DNA of 63,397 nt, the filler included, from Octopus bimaculoides (Eukaryota): assembly GCF_001194135.2 (NCBI RefSeq). It is 6 parts of 6 records of this genome, joined end to end, with 100 filler letters (N's around TTAATTAATTAA, not from the genome) between each part and the next. Parts side by side here need not be neighbours in the genome. Positions count along the whole stretch, not along the records: positions 40,429 to 53,195 come from NC_068987.1; positions 53,296 to 62,019 come from NC_068983.1; positions 62,120 to 63,397 come from NW_026326974.1; 3 more parts are not named here. One strand, 5' to 3'. Each line of letters starts with the position of its first letter. Positions within the stretch are counted from its first letter, which is position 1. The position numbers were made by a program, and so were the translations under genes. The notes beneath the pieces are model-generated. The model was not told the origin of the DNA. It did not search any database and saw only the letters and a program-made list of their open reading frames with translations. Of the stretch, positions 50,831 to 63,397 are shown one piece after another.

Positions 50831-51438
50831 AGTTTCTGTCTACTTAACGAGGATAAAGGTACATACGTAGTTCCCTGTTGAAGATATGGCTGTGAATTCG
50901 AGACTGTTTTGTTCTGTATAATAACAGTTTAATGAATTGCTCTCGACAATAAAATAAGCAAGCTGAATTAAATTATTATAAAAAAATGATATATGTTTGT
51001 TGGTTTATCTCTTTAAATTATATGGCATAACTTTATTAGTTCTAATAGAACAGTATTGACAATGAATATCTTATCAACTTAACTTGTATATATGTCAGAT
51101 TATATATACAAACACAAGCTAGTTATGAATTTATCGTTAATGGTGCGCAACTATAAAAGATGACTTCGACTTCATTGATATTATGTCTTACTGACATGGG
51201 ATTTGATACTGAGGAGTGAAAAAAACGAGGGTTACGAGATAATATAATAAAGATTAAAGGAAATTCTAAAGAATATCAATAAGGCAGTGAATTAGTTAGT
51301 CAATAAAATGCTGACTTTGATTCCTAATTCATCTTCACATTTTCGTATGCACTGGGGATGTTTGGGTAAAAAAAAACATGTTAGTATATTTGTGATGAGA
51401 ATATTGATATCACGCAGAAATAAAAAGGAACCAACTGG

Positions 51439-51517
<79 letters not shown>

Positions 51518-51984
51518 GTACAAGCACGGCTGTGTGTGTTTAAGAAGATCGCTTTGCAACTACGTAGTTTCTAGTTCAATTCCATTGCGTGACACCGGAA
51601 CCCACTTGGGTAATTTACAGTTTCTTTGAGATACAAAACGTTTCGTGCAAATCAAGTTTCACCACTTTTGGAATTGTTGATTCTCTACAACGTAAATCCC
51701 GGGTTTTTACTCCAAACAACGCTCGCTATTTCGGTTAGCATATCTGTAAATGGGATGGACATATGCATACGGGTGAGTAATATTTGTGTATTTTATCTGA
51801 AGTTGAAACTTTTTGAGTTGTTATTCTGATTATTCATACGATTGAACTAGAGAAGTAGCTTGACAAAATATAAACAAAAATACTTCGAAATACATAAAAT
51901 CATAAAAACTTGATTAATCTCTCCACAAAAGTAAAAGTTATAATGTATATCACGTATTCATATCAGAACATGTGGTTTATTTAT

Positions 51985-52380
51985 AATTTGTTTCAATCAT
52001 TAGGCTACGGCCATGTTGGGGCACCGCTTTGAAGAATTTTTAGTCGAACGAATCGATCGATCCCAGTACTTATTTTTTGTAAAGCCTGGTACATATTTCT
52101 ATCGGTCTCTTTCGCCAAACCTCCAAGTTACGAGGACGTAAACACACCAACAGCGGTTGTCAAGCGGAGGTGGGGACAATCACAGACACAAACACACACA
52201 CACACACACACACACACAATACCCCCATCCCCACATATATATATACGAATACCTTCTATCAGTTTCCGTTTATTAAATCCATTTATAAGGCTTTGTTCTT
52301 GCCCTAGGTGCCAGACAGTGGGATTGAACCCGGAAGCGTGTGGTTGGGAAGTAAACTTCTTACCACACAACCACATCAGT
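51985..52380 (-). mobile_element. SINE family B, full length with internal (CA)n
   Basis: Both halves present in the expected order. Confidence 0.85.
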
Positions 52381-53094
52381 GCCTATCGCCACGCCTGCAC
52401 AAAGTTGGATTTAAACTTCATAGAAGATACAAACCTAAGTATATTTAATCTTTTTAGATGTGTTTCTAAATAATTAATTCCAAAGAAATCCCAGTAATCT
52501 TTAGAAACTTAGTTAATAATATTAGTAAAGCGCATATCTAGCTTATTCTTTAACAAGAAATCCTTTAACTGTGTTTCTCTTTATTATAGTAATACATTAA
52601 ATAACGCAGATTCAAAGAAACAATGTATCATACACAGAACAGATCTAATTTGAAAAATTAGTAACAATAGTGAGAAAGAAAATGCAAAAATAGGAAACAA
52701 AATATTACATGATATAATCCCCCATGTACTTTAAATTTTCGCTCCAATCTTGTCATGATCTTCAAAAATCTTATAAATAAATATTACTAAGATCTTTTAT
52801 AGAAATTGCATTATATTGAGCTACAGTTGTACAAAATCTTCGCTACTTCCATAGCGAATGTAAACACATGAAAACTTTTCAATATGAGCATGTAAAACTC
52901 GTCATGTAAATACACTAGCCCTAACATCTGCCCTCTCTATGACATGTGTTTTTGTATACATGTGTATTTCGCGAACAATTAAGAGTAAAACGAAATGCTA
53001 TATAAGACTATAAAAGTCTCATTTAAAACGAGACTCTCAACATATGTACATGTTTGCATTCAGAAACCCCAAGGAAACTCTTCGTGCCTCCAAA

Positions 53095-53145
<51 letters not shown>

Positions 53146-53158
53146 GTCTGTCTGTCTG

Positions 53159-53195
<37 letters not shown>

Positions 53196-53295
53196 NNNNN
53201 NNNNNNNNNNNNNNNNNNNNNNNNNNNNNNNNNNNNNNNTTAATTAATTAANNNNNNNNNNNNNNNNNNNNNNNNNNNNNNNNNNNNNNNNNNNN

Positions 53296-53630
53296 GTCTT
53301 TGAGGCATTTGCATCCCCGTCTATTCCTATCTCTGCCCACATAGTCTAGATGCGTGTCCAAGGTAGCATTCCAATCCCCCACTAAAAGTAAAGGACGAGA
53401 CGTTCCTAGGAATACTTCTAGACGTCGAAAGAAATCCGGCCTACCTGTTAAAGGTGGTGCGTATACTGATATGAGTCGAAAAGCACACCCATCGCTGCCA
53501 TCGACATCCAGAACAACCAATCTACCCTCCGGGTCTATGAATACTGTCTTTACTTCGAGATCCAGACTCTTGCGAAAGAGTACCGCCGTGCCACTACCGC
53601 CCATTCTCGGCAGACAGGGAGAAAAATAAA
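53296..53630 (-). mobile_element. Tx1/L1-like LINE AP-endonuclease fragment, open frame
   Basis: GTAVLFRKS...GRLVVLDV...ISVYAP...LLVGDWNATLD (VYAP and GDxN motifs). Confidence 0.9.
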
Positions 53631-53638
53631 TACTAATT

Positions 53639-53672
<34 letters not shown>

Positions 53673-54094
53673 ATTACTGTCTTCTCTCTGTAACCCCATT
53701 TCTTTCTTTGTCTGTTTTTCTCTCTCCCCTCTCACTTTCTCTCTCTCTCTCTCTCCCTCTCTCTCTCCCTCTCTCTCTCTCTGCATTTTCTACCACAGCT
53801 AACGACTGTCTATGTACCTTACGGCTGACTGCATTCGTACCACTTCAGTCATTCTCGATTTATTCGTCTCTACTCCTCTCATTAACCATACCGTACGTAA
53901 AATTCCGGGACCCATACTAATTTCTACACCCAGTATTTCTTGCTCAGAACTTCAGCCCTCTAAAATTCCCTGAAACAGTCAAATTGCAACAGTTGAAGCC
54001 GAATGTTCAAGACATCGATGTTGCTGGTTTCGGAAGGATTGGGAGTTTAAAATCGTAGTATTTTCTCCAAACCATATTAATAAAAATACAAAAC

Positions 54095-54128
<34 letters not shown>

Positions 54129-54155
54129 CGACAGACAGACAGACANNNNNNNNNN

Positions 54156-54198
<43 letters not shown>

Positions 54199-55639
54199 AA
54201 AAAAATTGGATGTAGTGGGAGACAGACAGACAGAAAAATAAATAGATCAAACTTCTCAACTCCTAATTATAGTCACACGGCTGCTTAACATCGTTAATTT
54301 TATGACGCATAGGTTTGTGATTAAAAGTTTTTCAAAGACATCTCTAGCATCAGACTATCGCTATTTTAAAAGGAGTAGCTTCTATTGGCCCGGTTTTGTC
54401 AATAGATCAATCGATCTGATGAAATTGGAACGAAACATGCAATGGTCGCATTCAACACAAACATCGCCTGACAATGTTGAAGAGAAACACAATTGTGAAT
54501 GGCATTCTTACATACTTGCAGACTTCTCTGAATTCTGATTCTCTATATGTCTTTCTGTGTATTTAGATGTGTGTGTATGTCGCTGTGTGTGTGCGTGTGT
54601 GTCGCTGTGTGTGTGTGTATGTCGCTGTGTGTGTGTGTCGCTGTGTGTGCGTGTGTGTGGTTGTGTGTGTGTGGCTGTGTCTGTGTGTGTGCATGTATGA
54701 TATAGCATAAGAAAAAAAGAGTTACATTTACATATACGTATGTATGTGTTTGTATACGCACACATACATACACACATATATACATACGCACAGAGATAGA
54801 GACTGCTGCATATGATGCATAAATGTATATACATATGTGTGTGTGCGCGTGTGTGAGTGTTGTGTGTATATATATATAGACACCAATATATATGTATGTA
54901 ATATACGTATGTGTATGTGTATATATCAATAAATATATATATATATACATATATATATCACTGCATCCTTTCTATGTCATACTGCTGAGTTTTCTTATAT
55001 GCCCGCACATGTTCAGACATACCATCATGTAAAATAGCAAACAATCAAACACTTCGGGGTTATTGGAAATTTTTATTCTACTGAAGAAATGATAGGATAT
55101 CAAAGGTGAAAGATTGATTTACAGAACGTCAAAACCTTTGGGCGCACATTCTTACAAACACATACATACATACATACATACATACATACATACATACATA
55201 CATACATACATACGTGTTTATTTTTGTTTTCTCGCTTTCATTGGAGTTTTTAGTGTATTTCGATCTGCTGCTGCTCAATCGTAAAACTTTGCTTAAGATA
55301 TTATAAACTGGAGTCTTGCTTTTCAGTTATTCGTCTCTTACACTTTAAGAAAGCCTTATTCATGTTTGCTGTCCCAGACATCGTGATCATTGAGTGAATT
55401 ATGGAGCCTTGTTTCTTCAAAAGTCCAAGTTCAATCACATTTTGATCCACACACGATGTTACATAAATTTTCTTTGTCCTTGTTTATATTTTGTCATCCC
55501 ATACACTATCAGCTCGGTTATGCTTTAATTAAGCTACACATATCTCTATCAACTGATCTTTTGCGTGTGTTCATGCCTGTTGTGTGTGTACGGGATTTTG
55601 CAATGTACCTTGGAGAGACATTATTACCACCTTTTATTT

Positions 55640-56800
55640 CATTTCCCCCTCAACTTCTATAGCTATAATCATGGTATATATATCTTTATTTTTGTGCCAG
55701 CGAGTTTGTAATAAACTTTGTTTTTCTACTTGGAAGTGCTACTACACTTTATAATTTGTTTCATATATGAAAATAGATCTAAGCCACAGCCACTCTCCTT
55801 TCGTGGAACTTATAATCTTCTTACATTCCCTTGATGTTGAACTTTCCAGTAAATACTAAGCAGTTGCGAAGTTTAGTCTTTGTAACCAATTCTGAATACC
55901 AAATGTCGTTGTGAGCGATATTCTTGTAATAAACAGAGAGTTCTGACTACTATATTTTCTTTTATTCTCTTAAGGCATTCATTTCATGTCCTCTTCCTGA
56001 ATAATGGATGCATCAACCTTGACATTCTCGTTTTTTTCTTAAAATTGTTGTAATTCTTTCTTCGCAAAGTATATTACCAAACCACTGATGTTTATTTGTG
56101 GGCAGGTCAGAACACAAATTTCCATTCTCTGATTACCAAGAATGGACATTTTGGACATGCCACATTTTATTCTAATGTCAGGATAATGAAATCCGATTGC
56201 ATTTTGATGTGATTTATACTTGGTCGATCCAACTTCAGGTCGTCTCCAAAGTAAAAGAGATGTTTCTGGATTCAAATTATTTACTTATATAAACACAATG
56301 TTTTCTAAGTAGTGAGATGACGGGTTTATCGAGCGTACAAAGAACAGTATTGACAAGGTATCACTTGGCACAATACATTTTTAATAATGTATGTTAAATT
56401 TGTATGATTCGTTCTGACCTTTAAGAAGTAAAATGCTGCACTCAAGTGTTGGGTATTTTTTGAAAAACAACTACCATGGATGTGGAACTTAGACTAAACT
56501 TAATTCTTTGATAATCCTCCCGTTGTACACCGTCAAATGCTTTCTGGTATTCTCGTCGCATTACATTCATGTTACAGCGGTTCTTTACTACTTCTTCCAT
56601 ATCATTTTATTGATTAATAGTCGCTCTATACTGATTATAATTCTTAATTTTTCCCAATTTGTTATAATATAGTTGGTAGAATAATGATTTTGAAGAAGAG
56701 ATTAGGATACCCATTCTTATACATGATAGTCTAGCAGGCTAAGAGATGGTTATTTTAGCTTGAGTAGTTTGCTTAATCTTTTAAAGGAGAAGACTAAAGG
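55640..56800 (-). mobile_element. R4/Dong-like reverse transcriptase, heavily decayed
   Basis: LAC*TIMYK; RLLINKMIWEEV...EYQKAFD; SDTLSILFFV..INP; HLFYFGDDLKL; KRIKKI**SELS; RL*VPRKESGCGL, all in correct RT order. Confidence 0.8.
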
Positions 56801-56997
56801 CAGGTAAATGCAACTGGGTAGCCTTAGCGTATTTTTGCTTGCGTCTTGATTGAATAACTGCACCTCGTTACGATGAATGAAAACTTTAACTTCACACACA
56901 ATTATAATGAGATTTGAAGATTCACCTTTTAGGAAATGTTCTGCTAATTCACTTACTACAACGAGTTCTTCATAGTATATTTGTTTACGCACGTATC

Positions 56998-57028
<31 letters not shown>

Positions 57029-57290
57029 CAGTTTGAATGTTTAAGTAAAAATGTTCTTTATGTGATCTACAGCTAAAAGCGTCTATAATCTAGTGACAAT
57101 TCCAAATACATAACTGAAGATTAGGGTCGCCACGTTTCATATACATATATGAAGATACACATCTGTGTGTGTGTGTTTGTGTGTACATACATACACACAC
57201 ACAGAAATCATACACGTTTATATATGCATTAGTGTGTGTGTGTGTATATATATACATGTGTGTGTGTGTGTGTATATATATACATGTGTG

Positions 57291-57333
<43 letters not shown>

Positions 57334-57439
57334 ATATATACGCACACACATTGTCCACATTATTTCTTAAGACATTAAAAAGAAACAAATGCAACTATGG
57401 GATTTCAACCACGCATATAACGTGCACAGTGTAATCATG

Positions 57440-57474
57440 TTTACCGTATGATGATGATGATGATGACGATGATA

Positions 57475-57515
<41 letters not shown>

Positions 57516-57590
57516 AATGATGATGATGATGACAGCAACAACAAAACCAACAACAACAGTAACAACAGAAGAAACAACAGCAGCGTAAAC
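57440..57590. repeat. (GAT)n/(CAA)n triplet tract
   Basis: Direct reading. Confidence 0.92.
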
Positions 57591-57896
57591 AAAATAACAA
57601 GTGTAAACACACATCAACAATGGCAAAAACACGAACTAGCAAGTAAACATTTTGGGTTTCTTTTGTTTTTTTTCATTTTCTCAAACTGAGTTTGTTAAAT
57701 TGAAAGCATTTGGGAGGGAAACATAACATCTGGCTTGAAGTTGACTCTCAATATTGGGTAACTTTCAAGCTGAAGTATATTTATAAAGAAGGAAAGAGAG
57801 GAAATAATACAGAAAATCCACGTAGAAAATGAAAAAACATGAAAGTATGATAAATTGAGCGAGAAGTTTGTTGGCTGAGTAATTGACTGAAAGATA

Positions 57897-57941
<45 letters not shown>

Positions 57942-58411
57942 TGCAATTTTCGTAAATGATAGAGAAAAACAGGTTATAGTGTTGAAGGAAATGGAATAAA
58001 AATGATATATGCACGTATAAACACATACACNNNNNNNNNNNNNNNNNNNNNNNNNNNNNNNNNNNNNNNNNNNNNNNNNNNNNNNNNNNNNNNNNNNNNN
58101 NNNNNNNNNNNNNNNNNNNNNNNNNNNNNNNNNNNNNNNNNNNNNNNNNNNNNNNNNNNNNNNNNNNNNNNNNNNNNNNNNNNNNNNNNNNNNNNNNNNN
58201 NNNNNNNNNNNNNNNNNNNNNNNNNNNNNNNNNNNNNNNNNNNNNNNNNNNNNNNNNNNNNNNNNNNNNNNNNNNNNNNNNNNNNNNNNNNNNNNNNNNN
58301 NNNNNNNNNNNNNNNNNNNNNNNNNNNNNNNNNNNNNNNNNNNNNNNNNNNNNNNNNNNNNNNNNNNNNNNNNNNNNNNNNNNNNNNNNNNNNNNNNNNN
58401 NNNNNNNNNNN

Positions 58412-58443
<32 letters not shown>

Positions 58444-58489
58444 AGTAACATAAAGAGAGGGACAAAAAGAAAGGGAGAGAGATGGAAGG

Positions 58490-58520
<31 letters not shown>

Positions 58521-58798
58521 TAGACAGACAAGAGCAAGTGCAGCGGGAAGACAGACAGAACAAAAAGAAGCAGAAAGAGAAAAGGAAAATATGAAAGAGG
58601 ATAAAAAAAAAATATTGATGGCAGATAATTTACAGGAAGAATGTAGCGTTTCTTCAATTAAAACAGAGACTAAATAAGTATATAAGAAAGAAAGAAAGAA
58701 AGGAAACGAAAAGTGGGGAAAATGATAGAAAAACATCATTATGGGCATGTGTGAATACACACATACAAACACACGTACACATGCATATGTATTTACAG

Positions 58799-58867
<69 letters not shown>

Positions 58868-59282
58868 AGTTAAACATTTATTAATGCGAAATGTCGAAAA
58901 TATCCTTTTGATGCGGATAGCTAAGGGGAAAAGACACTCAACAACATAACTAAATTATAAAACACTGCGTTTGTTTTTGTTTGTTTGTACTTCGGTTTGT
59001 GTAATTTTGTTGACGGCGGCCAGGCTGCTTAGTTCGAAGTTGATATTTTTAAATCTGAAGTATTCTATGAATGAAGGAAAAAATACATTAAAAACAGATT
59101 GATGGCTAATGAGCAACATATAAACAAACGCACATACATGCACTCACACACAATCGTATAGCATCTCCACACACACACACCTTCACCACTGAAACTATTA
59201 CAAATATACTGAGATATCCAACTATACACTAAAATGAACGTGCAGAAACACACACATATACATGTTTATATGTACGTGTTGA

Positions 59283-59405
59283 CAGACAGGCAGACAAGCA
59301 GGCAGGCAGGCAGGCAGGCAGGCAGACAGCTAGGTAGGTAGGTAGGTAGGTAGGTAGGTAGATAGGTAGGTAGGTAGGTAGGTAGGTAGGTAGGTAGGTA
59401 GGTAG
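59283..59405. repeat. (GGCA)n-(GGTA)n microsatellite
   Basis: Direct reading. Confidence 0.95.
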
Positions 59406-60535
59406 GCAAATAGAGTTAGATATAGAGAACGTATGTATGAATGTACGTATTCATACATGCATGCATGTAATTATGTATGTATGTATGTATTTATGTATCT
59501 GTGTATATATGTATGTAATCATGCATGTACATATGTATGTATTGGCTTTCACAATAAGGAAATAGTCCTCAAGTACCAAGATACCAGCAGATGAGTAAAT
59601 GACAGCAGAAGATGAAAAGATGAATTGTTTATCAGTCACGGTTGACCGGAGTAGCAAACGGGAGAAAATAAGTGAAAGAAAACAATTGAAATGAGTGGCA
59701 GCTATCACAGGAAAAAGATACAGCTTCAGGTAAGTGAAACTGAATAAGATATCGCCCATACGTGCATACAGATTTTATATCAAATCCTTTTGGGGGGGGG
59801 GGGAGAGACACAGTAAAACTACAGAATATAGTCTACATATATTTGAAGTTAATAACACAACGAAATGAAAGTTTGTTGTTCTTAGAGAGAAATATTTTCT
59901 ACAATTAATAAAACTGTCGTCATTTTTGCTGACACGGAAACAATTTATGTTTAACGTGCGTGCGCACACACATATATAGACAGACAGACCGATAGATAGA
60001 TAGATAATTATTAGACTTATACAAGGAAAATTTTGACAGTGATTTGGAACTTTTGGTTACGATTTTCTAGAGTTTTTTTTTACTTTACATATTCCTTGGC
60101 AATTTATGTATGGGTGTGGGAGTTGATTTGTAGATAGAGCTATGTGACGTATATATAATATGTTGTGCGTGTGTGTATGCTCACCTTTATAAGTACATAT
60201 AACATGCGGCCATACACATATATACATAAATATATATGCATACATTGTATACATACGTACAACTGTAGCTATACATGCACAAAACATGTGTGTTATGTGT
60301 GTGTGTGCACACGCGCGAATATTAGCGCATTAACCAAGAATATGATACTAAGAACTTAAGGCAACATATAACGTTGCATTTAGCCAGGTGCATCTATACG
60401 CGCGTGGTTTCTGGGTAAACACTACGTCCCTAGCTCAACGTATGTGGAGTCGTGTGTGCTTGGGTTTTGACGTGTTGACCCATCCTGAGATTTATTTAAA
60501 TGTATGTACATATTTCCTTGCATACTTGTCTTTAA

Positions 60536-60939
60536 GNNNNNNNNNNNNNNNNNNNNNNNNNNNNNNNNNNNNNNNNNNNNNNNNNNNNNNNNNNNNNNNN
60601 NNNNNNNNNNNNNNNNNNNNNNNNNNNNNNNNNNNNNNNNNNNNNNNNNNTATTGAGCGAAAACACATAAAAGCTCCACGAGGCTCCGACAGGGGATGGT
60701 GGCGAACTCTGCTGTACTCTTTCACCACAACTTTCTCTTACTTCCTGTTTTTGTTGTGCCTGTAATTCAAAGGGTCAGCCTTGTCACACTGTGTCACGCT
60801 GAATATCCCCGAGAACTACGTTAAGGGTACACGTGTCTGTGGAGTGCTCAGCCACTTGCACGTTAATTTCACGAGCAAGCTGTTCTGTTGATCGGATCAA
60901 CTGGAACCCTCGACGTCGTAAACGACGGAGTGCCAACAA
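60536..60939 (+). mobile_element. SINE family D with TSD (head in gap)
   Basis: Body matches 34004-34391; TSD CTTGTCTTTAA at 60525-60535 and 60940-60950. Confidence 0.9.
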
Positions 60940-61249
60940 CTTGTCTTTAAATATGCATATACGTTAGGATCCCTTTTCCTGTATGCGGCTCATTCTCTAA
61001 ATGGGTTTATACATGTTGTGGGTAAGTACCAAAGTCGATAATTACATATAATTATTAGATAATTGTAATCGGTTTGTTGTCAGTACGAAAATTTATGGGA
61101 AGTTAAGTGAAAAGGATGAGATATCGTCTTTATCCAATATCTTGGAGTTTTGATGATTTTTGTGTTTGCGGGAAGCGACTGATCCAGAGTTACGGTTCAG
61201 TATTCGAGTTATAAAGAAGGAAATATGGTAGATTATAGTAGACAAAATG

Positions 61250-61600
61250 AGTAAATGACAGCAGAAAATGAAATTGAGCGGATGAATGAATTGTTTATTA
61301 GTCATAGTTGACTGGAGTAGCAAACAGAAGTGGCAAGGTTTGTTGTTTCTCTGATATGGTAGTTAGTGGATAGAACAATATATTCGAATGAATGCTAAGT
61401 GGGATATTTTGTTAAGTATAGTGTCCATATATGCTTAGGTAGTAGCATTTTTTGTTGTGAGTTGCTAAAAGTTTATTTGAGTTGATTGCATATTGATGTG
61501 GTTAATGGTTACATATTTCTCATGAAACAGTTTCCTTTTAGAGGGCGTTATGAGGGTGTTATAGTTGCAGTTGGTAGTATTAGATACGTAGTTTTAGTTT
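61250..61600 (-). mobile_element. Penelope-like endonuclease-region fragment, decayed
   Basis: NCN...PLKGNCFMRNM, HIWTL, PYQRNNKPCHFCL resemble the PLE GIY-YIG region (CNC...CPL.G.C, HIW.LK, PY...K.C.LCL). Confidence 0.6.
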
Positions 61601-61986
61601 TCATATTTTGAAAGTTGTTCTGTAGTTAATATTGGTTATAGTCATCATTTCACACAGCTCTGCCTATTCCCCATGCCATCCACCCTCCTAAAAAAAAGCA
61701 AATTGCCAAAGAACATATAAAATCAAGATCCCAGGTCAAGCACAGTCTGACGACGTTGAGTGACTCCTTATTTAAAGTCACTTTCCCACGTACAAGGTGA
61801 AATTATACGCAATACTTCAGTTTAATGTTGCTTTTATATATATCTTGACAAAAACAGCAAATGTTAATATAGAAAGAATCATATATATATATATACACGT
61901 ATATATATAAATCTCTGAGCGAGGTAGCTACAGTAGCATCCACCCTTAAGGGTTAGCCATTACATAAGTGGCAAATATACTTCACG

Positions 61987-62019
<33 letters not shown>

Positions 62020-62578
62020 NNNNNNNNNNNNNNNNNNNNNNNNNNNNNNNNNNNNNNNNNNNNTTAATTAATTAANNNNNNNNNNNNNNNNNNNNNNNNN
62101 NNNNNNNNNNNNNNNNNNNGAAGTTCTGCGTGGACATAGTTTTAATATATATGCATATGTGGTATGTTTTCGGGTAGGTATTTGTGGTTTTGAAGTGAAT
62201 TATGATGGGTTTCGATGTCTGTGTGCGGGTGTCACTAGTTTGAGAAAGGAAGGAGTTTGTGCANNNNNNNNNNATGTCTGTGTGCGGGTGTCACTAGTTT
62301 GAGAAAGGAAGGAGTTTGTGCAACCCCTAGAGGCGAACGTGTATATGGTTCTGTTAATTACAACGTTTTAATTTGATTAACCATAACCAAGTTCTCAAAT
62401 TGGATATATGCTACNNNNNNNNNNNNNNNNNNNNNNNNNNNNNNNNNNNNNNNNNNNNNNNNNNNNNNNNNNNNNNNNNNNNNNNNNNNNNNNNNNNNNN
62501 NNNNNNNNNNNATATACACGTTTGCCTCTAGGGGTGAACAGTTTGTATGAGATTCTGAGAATTATAATTGACTTGCAG

Positions 62579-62642
62579 TTCGTGCTGAAGAAGGACAGAT
62601 ATTCTCGGTAAGACAATTTTAATTCCGAAACTGGTCGACGAA
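62579..62642 (+). ncRNA. Minimal type I hammerhead-like motif
   Basis: UUCGUG-CUGAAGA-A-GGA...UCC-GAAA-CUGG-UC-GACGAA; helix I 5 bp plus one G.G mismatch. Confidence 0.55.
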
Positions 62643-63397
62643 TAACAATGTTTTAATTTTATGTATGTAATTTTCACTGTCTTGCTCGNNNNNNNNNNNN
62701 NNNNNNNNNNNNNNNNNNNNNNNNNNNNNNNNNNNNNNNNNNNNNNNNNNNNNNNNNNNNNNNNNNNNNNNNNNNNNNNNNNNNNNNNNNNNNNNNNNNN
62801 NNNNNNNNNNNNNNNNNNNNNNNNNNNNNNNNNNNTATATATAAACATATACTCGTTATGATCATGGAACAATTGTCAGGTTAAGTGAGGGCAATAACGT
62901 TTAGGACGAATGGAAAGCCAGATCGGAAAGTACTAGAGAGAACTTCTACGGTTTACAGAGCGGTAGAATCCATTCTTAAGCAGATTACGAACAAGCTTAA
63001 AGTATGTGATCTCGATTACGAAAGAGGTAGGAGGTAGTTGGTTCGGAATGAAAGAAGTGGAATCGCATTATGACGATACACAGAGAGATTAGGGGATCTG
63101 TAGATGGATAATCGTTTAAGGAATAGGTCAAGTTGAGCGAGGCGGAGAAGAGACGTCGCAAGTCAATCCTTTACTAATATTTACANNNNNNNNNNTCTTT
63201 ATGTTTCTAGTCAATAAATACAGTCATTAGTTGCTTATGCTTATGAATTAGAATATGTGGGGTGTTTACTCCACGTTGAACATTCTGTGTTTATTTCAGT
63301 CTCTATTTACGACCTGTTGTCACTGTAATGACCGTTTACCATTTAAGTTAGCCAGCATTTGCTGTCATTGCGTTTTTTAACAATGTGATGCACTATA

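Noticed and set aside
50874-51245. Two very degenerate hammerhead-like strings (CTGTTGAAG..CGAGAC; CTGAGGAGT..ACGAGA)
   Set aside because: GAAA mutated and helices I/III not identifiable
62215-62322. Exact 49-bp tandem duplication
   Set aside because: Separated by a 10-N gap; overlapping contig ends, an assembly artefact

Overview
Eukaryotic, AT-rich, gap-ridden genomic DNA. It is probably octopus (inference from the tRNA-derived SINE families and the very high microsatellite load). I found no host protein-coding gene, rRNA, true tRNA or CRISPR array that I can support. Almost all ORFs in the supplied track are microsatellite or N-run artefacts. The window is a transposon graveyard: four recurrent tRNA-derived SINE families (my labels A, B, D, H), fragments of Tx1/L1-like, RTE, CR1-like, R4/Dong-like and Penelope-like retroelements, and mariner remnants including a MITE. 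The most interesting signals are at RNA-structure level. Three unrelated repeat types carry hammerhead-ribozyme-like cores: an inverted pair at 17.8/18.4 kb, a 97%-identical duplicated 135-bp unit at 47.1/48.5 kb, and a motif at 62.6 kb. There is also an 87-bp-arm foldback at 40.7-40.9 kb. All alignments and folds were done by eye, and TE boundaries are approximate unless a TSD or TIR is quoted. Five 100-bp N44-TTAATTAATTAA-N44 linkers are assembly joins, so adjacency across them is not reliable.
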